Source: Octopus sinensis
Lineage: Eukaryota
Length of the DNA: 64,000 nt
Direction: 5' to 3'
NCBI RefSeq assembly: GCF_006345805.1
Contig: NW_021835233.1
Span: 124,001 to 188,000 of the forward strand
Part shown: one piece after another, positions 38,597 through 52,424 of the stretch
Numbering within the stretch: the stretch's first letter is position 1
Layout of the letters: each line of letters opens with the position of its first letter
Made by a program: the position numbers and the translations under genes
Notes under the pieces: model-generated
Seen by the model: the letters and a program-made list of their open reading frames with translations, nothing else
Databases searched by the model: none
Told to the model about the DNA's origin: nothing

Positions 38597-39980
38597 AGCA
38601 GGCACGGCTGTGTGGTAAGGAGCTTGCTTCCCAACCACATGGTTTTGGGTTCAGTCCCACTGAATGCCACCTTGGCCAAGTGTCTTCTACTATAGCCTCG
38701 GGCTGACCAAAGCCTTGTGAGTGGATTTGCTAAATGGAAACTGAAAGACATGGCTGTGAGGTTAAGATGCTTGCATCATTCACAACCATGAAGTCTTAGG
38801 TTCAGTCCCACTGCGTGATTCCTGGGAAAATGTCTTTTACTATAGCCACATGCCAGCCAAAACCTTGTGAGTTGAGATGGTAGACAGAAATAGAAAGGAG
38901 CCCATTGTGTGTATGTGTTTGTGTATGTGAGAGCACGTGCGTGCATGCATGCTTGGTATCCTTGTCTAGATGTCATGTGATTGTTGTAAATGATCACCAC
39001 TGTCATAGAAGTGAGACTGTTTGTTTCTTGTCTTTTATGAAAAACATGTCTGGCCTTGAGAGAATATTTCTTTGCTTGTAAACCGATGAGGGGGAGTGAC
39101 AGGAGGGCCCTCTGGCGATAGAAAATCTGCCTTGACAAATTGCATGTGACCCATGAAACACACAGGAAAGTAAACATTAGATGATGATGATGATATATAT
39201 ATATATTTTATATGTATTACATAAAAATAAAAAATAAATGCGCCCTTTTAAAACCTAGCCAGGCTCATGGTCCGGTTTCCCGGTTTCAATGGCATGTGTG
39301 TCCCCCAGCTGGACGGGACGCCAGTCCATCGCAGCGTTACTCATTTTTGCCAGCTGAGTGGACTGGAGCAACGTCAAATGAAGTGTTTTGCTCAAGAACA
39401 CAACGCATCACCCTGGTCCAGAAATCGACACCACAGTCTTACGATCATGATGCTGACTCGCTAACCACTAAGCCACGCACCTCCTCTTATATATTACTTA
39501 TTGTCTCTTTCTTTTTTTTCTTTTATGTTAATTTCTAAAGAATTATTCTTGTCTTAATCTCATGTCCCTCTTCCTTGTCATCTCTTCCATTTCTCTTCTT
39601 CTGCCAGCGCTTTTCTTTCGGTTCCCCACCTCCATCCGTTTCCTCTTGTAATTGTCATAGCCATTGTAATAGTAGCAGCAGCAGTAGTAGTAGTAGTATC
39701 AGTATTAGCAACGGTGGTAGTTGAAGTAGTAGTAGTAGTAGTTGCAGTAGTGGTGGTTGTGGTAGTATTATTAATAGTAGTGGTGGGAGCGGTGGCCATA
39801 GTAGCCACAGTGTTGTTGCTTTTGAGAGGGGGACGCGGACGGTGGCGGTTGGTAACCCACAGCGATGTTTACTATACAGAAATGATATGTAAACCACCGA
39901 CTTAACTACAGTTCTCTCTTTATTAAGGGAAGCGCCAAAACCATAACGTGCCGTCATATGTGTTTTCATATCTCTCGCAG

Positions 39981-39992
39981 ACTTATGTGAAG
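39981..39992 (+). other. Candidate 12-nt alternative microexon of IFT122 (TYVK)
   Basis: tctctcgcag|ACTTATGTGAAG|gtaaat. In frame for this phase-0 intron with no stop codon; no other AG in the ~46 nt before the acceptor. No transcript evidence available. Confidence 0.35.
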
Positions 39993-40309
39993 GTAAATAA
40001 TGTTATTTTGATGTAAACCAGAAAACCAGCTATTTATTGGTGAAAAGAAAGGAAAAAGAAAAAGAAAACTTTCTTTTTTTGTTTTCTTTTTGTGTTTTTT
40101 TTTTCTCTCTTTGCTTTTCGTCTTCGGCAAACATAAACTCTGCATCTGGGTGTGTGTATATATTCATATACATATATATACACACATATATATATATACT
40201 TATATATATACATATGTATACATACATATATATATATATATACATTTATACATGCATGTATATTTACATGTATGAATATATACATATGTGTATATATGCA
40301 TGCATGCAT

Positions 40310-40377
<68 letters not shown>

Positions 40378-40657
40378 CATATATATATATATATCCATAC
40401 ATATATGTACATATACATATTTGTATGTATACATAAGTGTGTGTATATGTATACATAATATGTGAGTATATGCATGAATGTATATACATATATTTATATT
40501 TATCTATGTACCTACTACCTATCTATCTATCTATATATATATCTATCTATATCTATATATGTATATATATATATACACACACATATATGTATGTATATAT
40601 GTATTTATCTCACTCTCTCACACTCTCTCTCCCCTCTCTCTCTCTTTCTCTCTCTCA

Positions 40658-40700
<43 letters not shown>

Positions 40701-40756
40701 ATACATACATATATATGTATATTATGTATATACATCTCTCTCTCTCTCTCTCTCTC

Positions 40757-40794
<38 letters not shown>

Positions 40795-41354
40795 TACATT
40801 CATATGAGGAAGAGAGCAAAGAAGCAGATAGAAAGGATGTGGAGAGAGAGAGAGAAACAGAGAGGAAGAATGTAAGGAAGATAAAAAGAACGGAAAAACC
40901 GCAGCTCATTAAGCCAACACAGAAAAATCTAGTGAAAGCAGCTTAAAAATTATGGTGTATCGGTTCTGATTGATGGTTTCTCGTTGATCAGCAGTCGCAG
41001 TTGATTTTCTTTGATACCAGTTACATATATAATTACCATAAGGCTATTTCTATTTTACAAGAACTTGTATGCATTTAGAAAATATTTTAAAGACCGTGCC
41101 GGAAATGTGCATTAAAGAAAGCAGGAGAAGAGTTATTTACAGTTGCTTTTTGGAAAGTTTGGTCTCAATTATTAGTTGTGCAAATTATAAATTTTCAAAA
41201 AACGTGGTGGGCAGGATAATTTTGTATTTTCTCTCTCTGTGTTTCACATTGTTTGAACTCCCTTTGCTCGAAATAACTCGCTTAAGGTTACAAATAGAAA
41301 CAGTTAATGTTGACAAGAGCCCCCCCCCCATCCTGGTTTATATATGTGTGTATT

Positions 41355-41454
<100 letters not shown>

Positions 41455-42696
41455 GTATACATACATATATATATACACACACACACACACATATATATAC
41501 ATATGTATATATTTATAGATATGTTTATATATTTATATTGTGGTTCTTTGTACATAATTTGTGCAAATTACTTAAAGTATAGGCCTGTTTTATGTGTGTG
41601 TGTGTATATATATATGTGTGTATATGCCTGTATTATGTATGTGTGTGTATATATACATACATATGCATAAATATACATACATATGTATATATATATAAGT
41701 ATCTATATGTTTATATATATGTGTGTGTGTGTATGTGTGTGTGGATAAATATATACATATATATATATATATATATGCATGCACTATAATAAGGGTTAAG
41801 TATGTAATATATATACTCTATATATTACACACACACATAGTATATATATATACATATATATATGTATTTATATGTTGTGTATCATTGAGATATTTATTCA
41901 ATTATCAGTTTTTCCAGTAGGATCATATGGTTGTTTTCTGCAAATTTTTATCAGATTTTTTAATTTGTTTATTATGGAATCTAATTTGAGAATAATATTG
42001 AAAATTCAGACTTATTATTACTGTCAAAAATTTTTTCTCCTCTTGATATTCTTGTTGTTTTCACTCTTATTAGTACCAACCTTTAGTTCTTCTGTAAAAA
42101 AAAAACAAGAAAAAACATGTAAAATCAGTGTTGTTAGTTGATGTTACATTTTCCACCGGTTTTTATTTCTTAGAAATTGTGTTCAATTTATATTTGGTAC
42201 AGCCGTGATGTATGTGTTCTAGGTTATAACTGACAAGGATTGAAGTAAATACCTAACTAAAATATGTTATATATTTTAGTGAAAGCATGATGAGAATAAC
42301 TTTATGGGAGCTACATTGTAGCTGTGTACTTTTTGCATATCAAAACGATGTCAAGAGGGACAGATCTGTTTTTTAACCCTTTTGTCACCATATTTCTGTT
42401 GAAATACACAGATCTTGTTGTATTTACTATATTTGCCAGCATATGAGACGTGCAGTTTCTGTTTATTTAATGTATCAAATAATAGGTGCAGGAGTGGCTC
42501 TGTGGTAAGAAGCTTGCTTACCAGCCACATGGTTGTGGGTTCAGTCTCACTGCATGTTCACCATGGGCAGGTGTCTTCTACTTGTATAGCCTCGGGCCGA
42601 CCAAAGCCTTGGGAGTGGATTTCGTAGACGGAAACTGAAAGGAGCTCATCGTATATATCATCATCATTATCATCATCATCATCATCATTTGACATC

Positions 42697-43103
42697 TTAT
42701 TTCTTTACTACCCACAAGGGGCTACACACATAGGGGACAAACAAGGACAGACAAACAGATTAAGTCGATTATATCGACCCCAGTGCGTAACTGGTATTTA
42801 ATTTATCGACCCCAGTGCATAACTGGTACTTATTTAATCGACCTCGAAAGGATGAAAGGCAAAGTTGACCTCAGCAGAATTTGAACCCAGAACATAGCAG
42901 CAGATGAAATACCTATTTCTTTACTACCCACAAGGGGCTAAACACAGAGGGGACAAACAAGGATAGACAAACAGATTAAGTCAATTATATCGACCCCAGT
43001 GCGTAACTGGCATTTAATTTATCGACCCCAGTGCATAACTGGTACTTAATCTATCAACCCCAAAAGTATGAAAGGCAAAGTTGACCTCGGCAGAATTTGA
43101 ACT
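42697..43103 (-). mobile_element. Tandem dimer of the same SINE
   Basis: gaaatac|ctatttc junction at 42912/42913; both units carry the same internal duplication of atcgaccccagtgc..aactgg. Confidence 0.85.
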
Positions 43104-43694
43104 TTCTCTACAGTATTTTGACAGTTATGTGTGGAGGTCACATCGTCTCAGTATACTGTCTCCCCTAGCATATATATAACATACATCGGATATCTGTGTG
43201 TTACATTGGTTAACGACTGTGTTGCCTTCAGGAAACCCTTTTTTAATTGTTTTAAATGAAAAATTCACCAAGAAAGTTGAAAAGGTATTTTAAACTTTCA
43301 TCCACTCATCAGCTATTTGTAATGAGTAGATAACGACAAAACCATGTGCCACCTTGCTGGTTGCTTGGACACAGACAATATCCTCCTCCTCCTCCTCCTC
43401 CTCATCATCATCATCATCTGTTTCTTTATTACCCACAAGGGGCTAAATACAGAGGGGACAAACAAGGACAGACAAATGGATTAAGTCGATTACGTCGACC
43501 CCCAGTGCGTACCTGGTACTTAATTTATCGAGCCTGAAAGGATGAAAGGCAAAGTCGACCTCGGTGGATTTTGAACTCAGAACGTAACGGCAGACGAAAT
43601 ACGGCTACACATTTCACCCGGTGTGCTAACGGTTCTGCCAGCTCGCCTCATCATCATCATCATCACCACCACCACCACCACCACCACCACCACC

Positions 43695-43728
<34 letters not shown>

Positions 43729-44031
43729 TTTAAAGTCTTTTTTCCCATGTGGCATGTCTGGACAGTTTGATAGGAACTGGCAAGCTGGAGAGCTGTTTTA
43801 GGCTCCAGTTGCCTGTTTTGACAAGGTTTCTATGGACGGATGCCCTTCCAAATGGCAACCACTTTAGAATGTACCAGGTATTTTCAAATATGGTCACAAA
43901 TTGTATATATATCAACCATTTTCTCTCCTTCTTTTGTTTTGATGTGCAGTTTTGAATGTCATTCTTACAATAATGAAACCTATTACAATTTTAATAGCTT
44001 TATTGATTAAAGATATTGTTTTATTATTCAG

Positions 44032-44169
44032 GACAAACGTTTGCAGTGTTTAACATTGCAAGGGGTCAAAGTACGCGAATGGGATTTGGAAAGTCAGATG
44101 CGATATATCAAGGTGATTGGTGGTGCCATTGGTCAAGAAGGCTTGCTGGTTGGATTAAGAGCTGGTCAG
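44032..44169 (+). CDS. IFT122: IFT122 internal exon ([46 protein letters not shown])
   Basis: attcag acceptor and gtaact donor; 138 nt, phase 0/0. Matches [46 protein letters not shown]. Confidence 0.97.
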
Positions 44170-46604
44170 GTAACTATGGCCATATTTTCTTCATTTTCAC
44201 CTTTTCTTCTGGATTATTTCTTCTTTCATCCTTTAGCGTTCAGATTACTCAGTCAAATGTTATGCTAATTTATTCATGTTGTTTTGAAGTAATTGAATGG
44301 TTGTGTGGTAAGAAGTCTGCTTTCCAACCACATGGTTCTGGGTTCAGTCTCGCTTTGTGGCATCTTGGGCAAGTGTCTTCTATAGCTTCGGGCCGACCAA
44401 AGCCTTGTGAGTGGATTTGTGGATTTGGTAGATGAAAATTGAAAGAGGCCTGTCATGTATGTGTGTGTGAGTGTGTGTGTGTATGTATGTATTTGTGTGT
44501 CTGTGTTTGTCCCTCCACCATTGCTTGACAACCGATGTTGGTGTGTTTGTGTCCCCGTGAATTAGCAGTTTGGCAAAAGACACTGATAGAATAAGACTTA
44601 CAAAAAGAATAAGTCCTGGGGTCGATTTGTTTGACTAAAAGCAGTGCTCCAGCATGGCCACAGTTAAATGACTGAAACAAATAAAAGAATATCTTGTAGC
44701 ATTGGGATTTAGATGGTGTGGCTGTTTATTTGTAGAAGGTGTGAGAGGCCAGATATGGCCTGTGTGGATATAAAATATTTGTGCTGGATATGGTTGGTTT
44801 AACTGCCAATTGGTTAATTATATTTCTTCTTTTTTTTTTTTTTGCCGGTGGCATGTGAAAAACAACATTCGAGGGTGGTCATTGCCAGTGCTGCCAGACT
44901 GGTTCCTATGCAGGTAGCATGTAAAAAACACATTTTGAGTGTGATCATTGCCTGGACTGCCTGACTGGCCCTTGTGCCAGTGTCACGTAAATGCACCCAC
45001 TACAATCTCAGAGTGGTTGGCGTTAAGAAGAGCATCCTGCTGTAGAAACTTTGCCAGATCAGATTGAGCCTGGTGCAGCCTCTGGCTCACCAGTCCTGAG
45101 TCAAACCGTCCAACCCATGCCAGCATGGAAAGCGGACGTTAAATGATGAAGATAATGATGGTGATTTCATGTGCATTTAAATTTTCATTCTATGTTCATG
45201 AAACATCATACATTGTATGAAATTCCAGTCTTATGTTATTGCAATACTCAGTGCCATAGCTAATGAGGTAAACCCTAGGTGTTGTTATTGCTCATCATCA
45301 TCATCATCATCATCATAATTTAAGTTCTGCACGGGCTGGACAGTGTGAGTGGGGCTGGTAAGCTGGTTGGTTGCACCAGACTCCTGTCTGATTTGGCATG
45401 GTTTCTATGGCTGGATGCCCTTCTTAATGCCAACCACTCCAAGAGTGTAATAGGTGCTTTTACATGCCACCAGCCTGAGTGCCATTTGCATGACACCAGT
45501 ATCTGCCATGGCTGTGGTTTCATTTGGCTTGATGGGTCTTCTCAAGCATTGCATAATGCCAAGTGGACTCAGTCATTGCCATTTCTATATTAAAGAAAGA
45601 GTACTCGGGTCACTGTATCACTGTTTGAAGATGGAGGTTTGCATCAGTTTAGTAGCGAAGTTAAAAATATTGTGAAGACTAACATAGTCTATATCGTGCT
45701 ATTTATTATCTAAATAAAGCCATGTCCCATGCCAGCCATGACTTCTGCAACTTCTGACTGTTAGGTTAATGTTTGTGCTGCCAAATGCAATGTTACTTTT
45801 GCCACCAGGGGACCCAAATCTTCTTGGAACATTTAAAGGATCTTCAGCTCACCACACTACTGATGGGGAAGCAGGCCGAACGCTAAAGGAGTTTTGGAAA
45901 GCATTCAACATTGTGATCCTCCTCCTCCTCCTCCATCACACCTGCACCTACAAGATAGCAATTTATATGTTGGAGCACCAAAATACAAATTTTCAGCGAA
46001 ACTAAAATATTGCTGTGAATCTAAGTAAAGGTCATTGTCTTTGTTGCCATGGAATTTATTAAGAAAAGAAAATATGTAAAAGAAAAGAAAATACCATGCA
46101 TGGACATGGCATGTGTTTAAGGAGCTCACTTTGCAACCATGTTGTTTCAAGTTCAATCCCTTGGCATAGCACCTTGGATAAATGTCCTCTACTATAGCGC
46201 CAGATTGACCAATGCTCTGTGAGTGAATCTGGTAAATGGAAACTGTGTGGAAGCTCACCACCTGAATTGATGCTGGTTCCACTTAAGAAGCACTAGTGCT
46301 GGTACCATGTAAAATGCACTATTGATTAGGAAGGGCATCAAGCTGTAGAAACCCTACCATAACAGATAATGGAACCTGGTGCAGCCCCACCGCTTCTGGC
46401 ATTGCCAGCACCTGTGAACCTGTCCAGCATGGAAAAAGATAAATGATGATGATGACAACAATGATGACGACAACGACAACGACAACGACAACGATGATGA
46501 TGATGATGGTGATGGTGATGGTGATGATGGTGATGGTGATGATGATGATGGTGATGGTGACGACGATGATGATAATGATGGTGACAGTGATGACGATGAG
46601 GATG

Positions 46605-46636
<32 letters not shown>

Positions 46637-48994
46637 GATGATGATGTGTGTGTCTGTCTGTGCGTTTGTCCTGACAGGTGTTGATTTGTAACTTAGCACT
46701 CTGGCTAAAGAGACTGATGAAATAAGTACGAGACTTGAAATAACAAGTCCCCAACTTGATTGTCCAACTAAAGGTCACACCTTCACAGCGTTGCCTTAGC
46801 ATGGCCACAGTTCAGTAATCGAAACCAGCGAAAGAAACGACACAAAAAGAAACGGCAGCCAGGAATTCTTGATGTATTTCTATAAAGATTTTTGACATCA
46901 TTAGCATTCTCAGTTTTCTTCTTTTGATATTTCGATAACAACAACATGGCTACTGAGAAATGCTACTGTAAAAATATGAGGAAATGTCTGAGAGAGCCAT
47001 TACAAACTGTAGCAGTATACTAAATAGTTCTACTCAGAATCGTTGACATTTATGAAAGAGGACTGTGTGCTTCACCTACTTGGCCTCTGTCTATTAAAAA
47101 GTCATACAGCTATACAAAGATCACGTGGCCTGTGACATTTTACCCTTCGATCAATTTTCTTGGAATCATTAACTAAGTCCAGATATATCTATGTTTGACT
47201 GCTTCAATGGCTTAATTCAGTAACTGTTATTGACTGTTCGCTATTGACAGTTCAGTAACCGTTCACCTTCTTGTAAATTGAGGGTATGCCCCGGCATCTC
47301 ATCACCACTGTAGCCAGAAAGTTCCCCTCCGAGGGACAAGTCTGGGCAAGGTTGCTTATGGAAGACCAGCAGTCGCCCATGCATACCTGCCTCTCCTCTC
47401 CATGCCACCAGTGTTATCCAAGGGAAAGGCAAAGGCTGATACACCTTGGCATCAGTGATGTTGCAACTCATGTCTGCATCTGAATGAACTGGAGCAACGT
47501 GAAATAAAGTTCTTGCTCAAGAAAAGAACACATAGCCTGGTCTGGGAATTGAACTCACTACCTCATGATTGTGAGCCCGACGTTCTAACCACTGAGCCAT
47601 GCACCTTCACGCATCTGCATACATGGGTTTGCAAAACATTACCAATGCTTAATTCAATTTGGAAAATGATTTTTTAAAAAGAATTTTGTAAAATGACTTT
47701 GTCATTATTAAGCTGTTGTTTGGAAAAGAAATTACCATGACGACCAACATTATTTCTTCTCTAAGTATAAATTTGAAAACTGAGTCAGAGAAGAGGAGTT
47801 ACGACTAGATGAAATCACCAAGCATTTTAAACACACAAGTCTCTGATATCCGGCTAAAATGTATCATCAGAAAGGCACCCAGAAATCATACCCTGGAGAC
47901 ACCCTGGCCTCTTTGGAGTGTAAGAAATTAAAGGTCGAAAGACTTGCCTGAGGAGGGTTTTTCTCTGAAGATCTTTTGCTGGTCAGCTCTCTTAAGAGTG
48001 TCTTACTTTGAGGTCACTTTAAAATAGGACATTTGTATTACACAGTCATTGGTGTCACAATTGAGTTAGCTTGTAATATCGTCGTCATTGTTGTCATCGT
48101 TTAACGTCTGCTTTCCATGCTGGCATGGGTTGGAAGGTTTGACTGAGGGCTGGCAAGCCAGAAGGCTATACCAGGCTCCAATCCAAACTGGCAAAGTTTC
48201 TACAGCTGGATGCCCTTCCTAATGCCAACCACCCTGAGAGTGTAGTGGGTGCTTTTTATCTGCCACCTGCACGAAGGCCAGTCAGGCGGCACTGGCAATG
48301 ACTGTGCTCGAATGGTGCTTGTTAAGTGCCACTGGCACGGGAGCCAGTCAGGCGGCACTGGCAATGATCACTCTTGAATGGTGCTTTTTAAATGCCACTG
48401 GCACAGGAGCCAGTCAGGCAATGACCAAGCTCGAATGGTGCTTTTTTACATGCCACAGGCACGGGACCAGTCAGCCCAGTGCTGGCATTGACCACACTTG
48501 AATGGTGCTTTTTACATGCCACCAGCATGAATGCCAATCAGTGGGTACTGTCATCTTCCACAACAACAATTCCACTTGCCTCAACAGGCCTTTGCAAGCA
48601 CAATTTATTGCCCAGTGATTGAAGGGTACTCTTAGACGGGTTGGTTATGCTGCACTGGCATAGGCCACAGTGAACAATGGTGTATCATAGAACATTTAGC
48701 AATTGCATTTGTGCAAGGAATAGTATTACATCAAATTCTCTTCACTTACCATATTTCATTGGGTAACTCTCCTACCTAAGATTCTCATTGTCATTGAAAA
48801 AAAAAATGGTTATTTAAGCTGCAGATTCCATGAATGTTTATAGCCATAAAATTATTCCCAGCAGAACTGACTTTAATTTAAGTTAAGTACTTGACTGCTT
48901 CTGCGTCAAATTGCAGCAGGTCATAGCTTTGCATCTACTCTCTTCAGTGGCTTTTATTTATTGCTTTATCAAAGACTGATGCTAATTCAGTTTC

Positions 48995-49900
48995 AAAAAA
49001 CTGTCATCATCATCGTCATCTTCATCACCACCACCACCACCACCACCACCACCATCACCACCACCACCACCATCTCCATCACCACCACCATCATCATCAT
49101 CATCATCTTCACCAGCACCAACATCTCCATCATCATTGTCATCTTCACCACCACCACCACCACCACACCATCACCACCACCACCACCATCACCATCACCA
49201 CCACCACCACTACCACTAATATCCTCATCTTCACCTCCACCACCATCATCATCATCATCATCTTCACCAGCACCAACACCACCATCATCATTGTCATCTT
49301 CACCACCACCACCACCACCACCATCACCACCACCACCACCATCACCATCACCACCACCACCACTACCACTAATATCCTCATCTTCACCTCCACCACCATC
49401 ATCATCATCATCATCTTCACCAGCACCAACACCACCATCATCATTGTCATCTTCACCACCACCACCATCTCCATCACCACCACTACCACTAACATAATCA
49501 TCATCATCATCATCATCATCTTCACCACCACCAACACCACCATCATCATTGTCATCTTCACCACCACCACCACCACCACCATCACCACCACCACCACTAC
49601 CACTAATATCCTCATCTTCACCTCCACCACCATCATCATCATCAGCAGCTTCGCCACCACCACCACCATCAACACCATCACCACCACCACCACCACCACC
49701 ACCATCGTCATCATCATCTTCACCACCATCATCGTCATCTCCACCACCACCACCACCGTCATCATCATCTTCATCATCTTCACCTCCACCACCATCGTCA
49801 TCGTCATCTACAATACCATCACCACCACCATCATCATTTTCACCACCACCACCACCACCACTATCATCTTCACCACCACCATCATCATCATCATCTTCAT
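48995..49900. repeat. (CAC/CAT)n trinucleotide array with a ~153-bp higher-order duplication
   Basis: ctaccactaatatcctcatcttcacctcc recurs at about 49210, 49363 and 49598. Confidence 0.85.
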
Positions 49901-50128
49901 GATCTTTCTTTTAACATCCACTTTTCCATACTTGCCTGCATTGAACAGAGCTTACTGAAGCAGGCTTTTGTACGGCTGGATGCCCTTCTTCACAAGAAAG
50001 GTAATATTTCCCCATGGTCAGGCATGGTTTCAAGGAAGACTGGAAACAAATAACACTGCTTCTATGACAGTCACACTCGTTTATTAATCTCATGTGATGT
50101 GAAAACAAGGAGACAGAAGCACACATAC

Positions 50129-50162
<34 letters not shown>

Positions 50163-50171
50163 TTGCTTAAA

Positions 50172-50562
50172 TCTCTCTATATATAAAGCTGAAGTTGTCT
50201 GTGTGTGACAGGTTTGGTAGCCTTCAACTAACACTATCTCCTCTGAGACCCTACAGCACAAGCTCACCAAAATTGAAAGTATGATAGAAGAAGGCTTGCT
50301 CTTTCTTCCGTAGAAGAAAAAATTCAAATCGGACCATGTTAACACCAAAAATTATTTACATCAAAAAGGTGCTTTTTTTCTATGAAAATCCCTATTTTTT
50401 ACGATTTTTTTACTGCTGTGTCGCCATTTTTCGGTGTATTTCAACCAGAAAAATGTTCACTTAAAGAGAATAACAGCTACATAATGCAAAATTTTTACTT
50501 TTCAAAAATTCCAATTCTAAAGGGTCGAAACAAACCTGAGCAGCGCCGGGCGATACTGCTAG
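50172..50562 (+). mobile_element. Non-autonomous Helitron, second copy
   Basis: a|TCTCTCTATATATAAAGCTGAAG ... CCTGAGCAGCGCCGGGCGATACTGCTAG|t; colinear with 3772-4170. Confidence 0.85.
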
Positions 50563-50895
50563 TTTTTATATATATTCATACATGGCGCCATCACCAGTGC
50601 CATGTAAAAATTACTCATGATGGTGCCACATGAAAAGCATCCAGTACACTCTGTAGAGTGTTTGACATTAGGAAGGGCACCTAGCCATAGAAACCATTCC
50701 AGTTCAGACAATGGGACATGGTGCAAACCCCACCCATGGCAGCTCCTGTCAAACTGTCCAGGCCGTGCCATGCCAGCATGTAAAACAGACATTAAATGAT
50801 GATGATGATCACAATGGTCTACTTTCACTTTCTCTCTATCAAATCCCCTCTCAAGGCTTTGGTCAGCTCAGGACTAGCAGAAGACTGTTGCTTAA

Positions 50896-51360
50896 CCCTT
50901 TCATTACTATATTTATTTTGAGATGCTCTGTGTTTCTTTCAATTACTTTAAATATAACAAAGAATTTAGCAAAATAACTTAGTTATCATTCAGTTAGTGT
51001 TAGGAACATAAATTGTGACTAAGGTTTGGTGGAAGATTTTAATTAAAAATTTATGTAAACAAGACATTTTTACTCAAAGCCAGGGCCGGTTTCAGCCAGG
51101 CTGGTAACAAAAGGGTTTAAAATATCATTGTGACTTTAACCCTTTCATTATCATATTTATTTTGAGATGTTCTGTGTTCCTTTCAATTAATTCTAAATGT
51201 AACAAGGAATTTAATAAAATAACTTAATTATCATTAAGCTGGTGTTAGGAACATAAATTGTGACTAAGGTTTGATGGAAAATTTTAATTAAAAATTTATG
51301 TAAACAAGACATTTATACTCAGAGCCAGGGCTGGTTTCAGCCGGGTTGGTAACAAACGGG
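50896..51360. mobile_element. Two adjacent piggyBac-type MITE copies (50896-51115 and 51140-51360)
   Basis: Each about 220 bp, with ends TTAA|CCCTTTCATTA...GTAACAAA(A/C)GGG|TTAA (the first copy has one extra T before its right-hand TTAA); internal sequences are homologous. Confidence 0.7.
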
Positions 51361-51844
51361 TTAAAGTACCGCACAGTGGGACTGAACCTGAGACCATGTC
51401 ATTGTGATGCAAACTTCTTACCCACACGGCTGTGCCTGTCTTTTGGTGCAGCCATGTCTGCACTTGACAAAAAAAAATAATTATATTTAATGTAAATTTC
51501 GTGTAAAGTGTACTCACTGTACTTTGATGAACGTATGGTAGAGATATACACCTATGCTGTACTTATACTGTTGAAAAACATCTCGTTTAACATTTATGAG
51601 GTTCATCTTTGAAAATAGTACAAACACATTAAATTAACTTTAAAAAAACAACTTAATGAAAATTTTCATTTTTTCCTTCATGTAATTAAGTAATTTAATT
51701 TCAGTTAATATATTTGTGTTTACTTCTGAACGATATTCAAAATTCTAACTTGAATATTTTCAGCACAACTGATGTGTTTATATTATTCATATTATTTATG
51801 TTATTTGTATTTGACGGATATTTGTCCTCATCTTGTTTGTTGTT

Positions 51845-51890
51845 GACACAACGTTTCGGCTGATATACCCTCCAGCCTTCTTCAGGTGTC
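51845..51890 (-). ncRNA. Minimal type-I hammerhead ribozyme motif, intact core
   Basis: GACAC-CUGAAGA-A-GGCUG(GAGGGUAUAU)CAGCC-GAAA-CG-UU^-GUGUC: stem I 5 bp, stem II 5 bp, palindromic AACGUU in place of stem III. Confidence 0.85.
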
Positions 51891-52020
51891 TTGGGGAAAT
51901 TTCGAAACTGGGTTCTCATTCCTAAGGTATTTGGTGTAGTGGTTAAGAGCACGGGCTACTAACCCCAAGATTCCGAGTCCGATTGCAGGCTGTGACCTGA
52001 ATAATAATAATGATAATAAC

Positions 52021-52070
<50 letters not shown>

Positions 52071-52378
52071 TAAATAATAATAATAACATTGAAAAATATT
52101 GTTAGGAATGAAAACCCATGTTCGAAATAGCATTATTGCTATTTTACGTAATGAACACTCTGTTTGCAAAACGACATTGTCTTGTAGTTTCAAAGGTACT
52201 TTTTTGTTTGTTTGTTTTGATGTTAAGAGTGCGGGCAACTAACCCCAAGATTCTGAGTTCAATTTCAGGCAGTGACCTGAATTATGATAATAATAATAAT
52301 AATAATAATGATAATAATAATAATAATAACATTGAAAAATACCTTAGTCATGAGAACCCAGGTTAAAAATTTCATCAA

Positions 52379-52424
52379 GACACCTGATGAAAGCTGGAGG
52401 GTATATCAGCCAAAACGTTGTGTT
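52379..52424 (+). ncRNA. Hammerhead motif of the same family, core mutated (GAAA to AAAA)
   Basis: GACAC-CTGATGA-A-AGCTG(GAGGGTATAT)CAGCC-AAAA-CGTT-GTGTT. Confidence 0.75.

Noticed and set aside
48961-49902. Pro/Ser-rich extensin-like and Val/Met-rich ORFs
   Set aside because: (CAC/CAT)n trinucleotide array; no flanking exon structure.
51933-52000. tRNA genes at this and other A/B-box heads (7115, 24664, 23520)
   Set aside because: There is no complete acceptor stem, and each head continues into a repeated body, so they are SINE heads.
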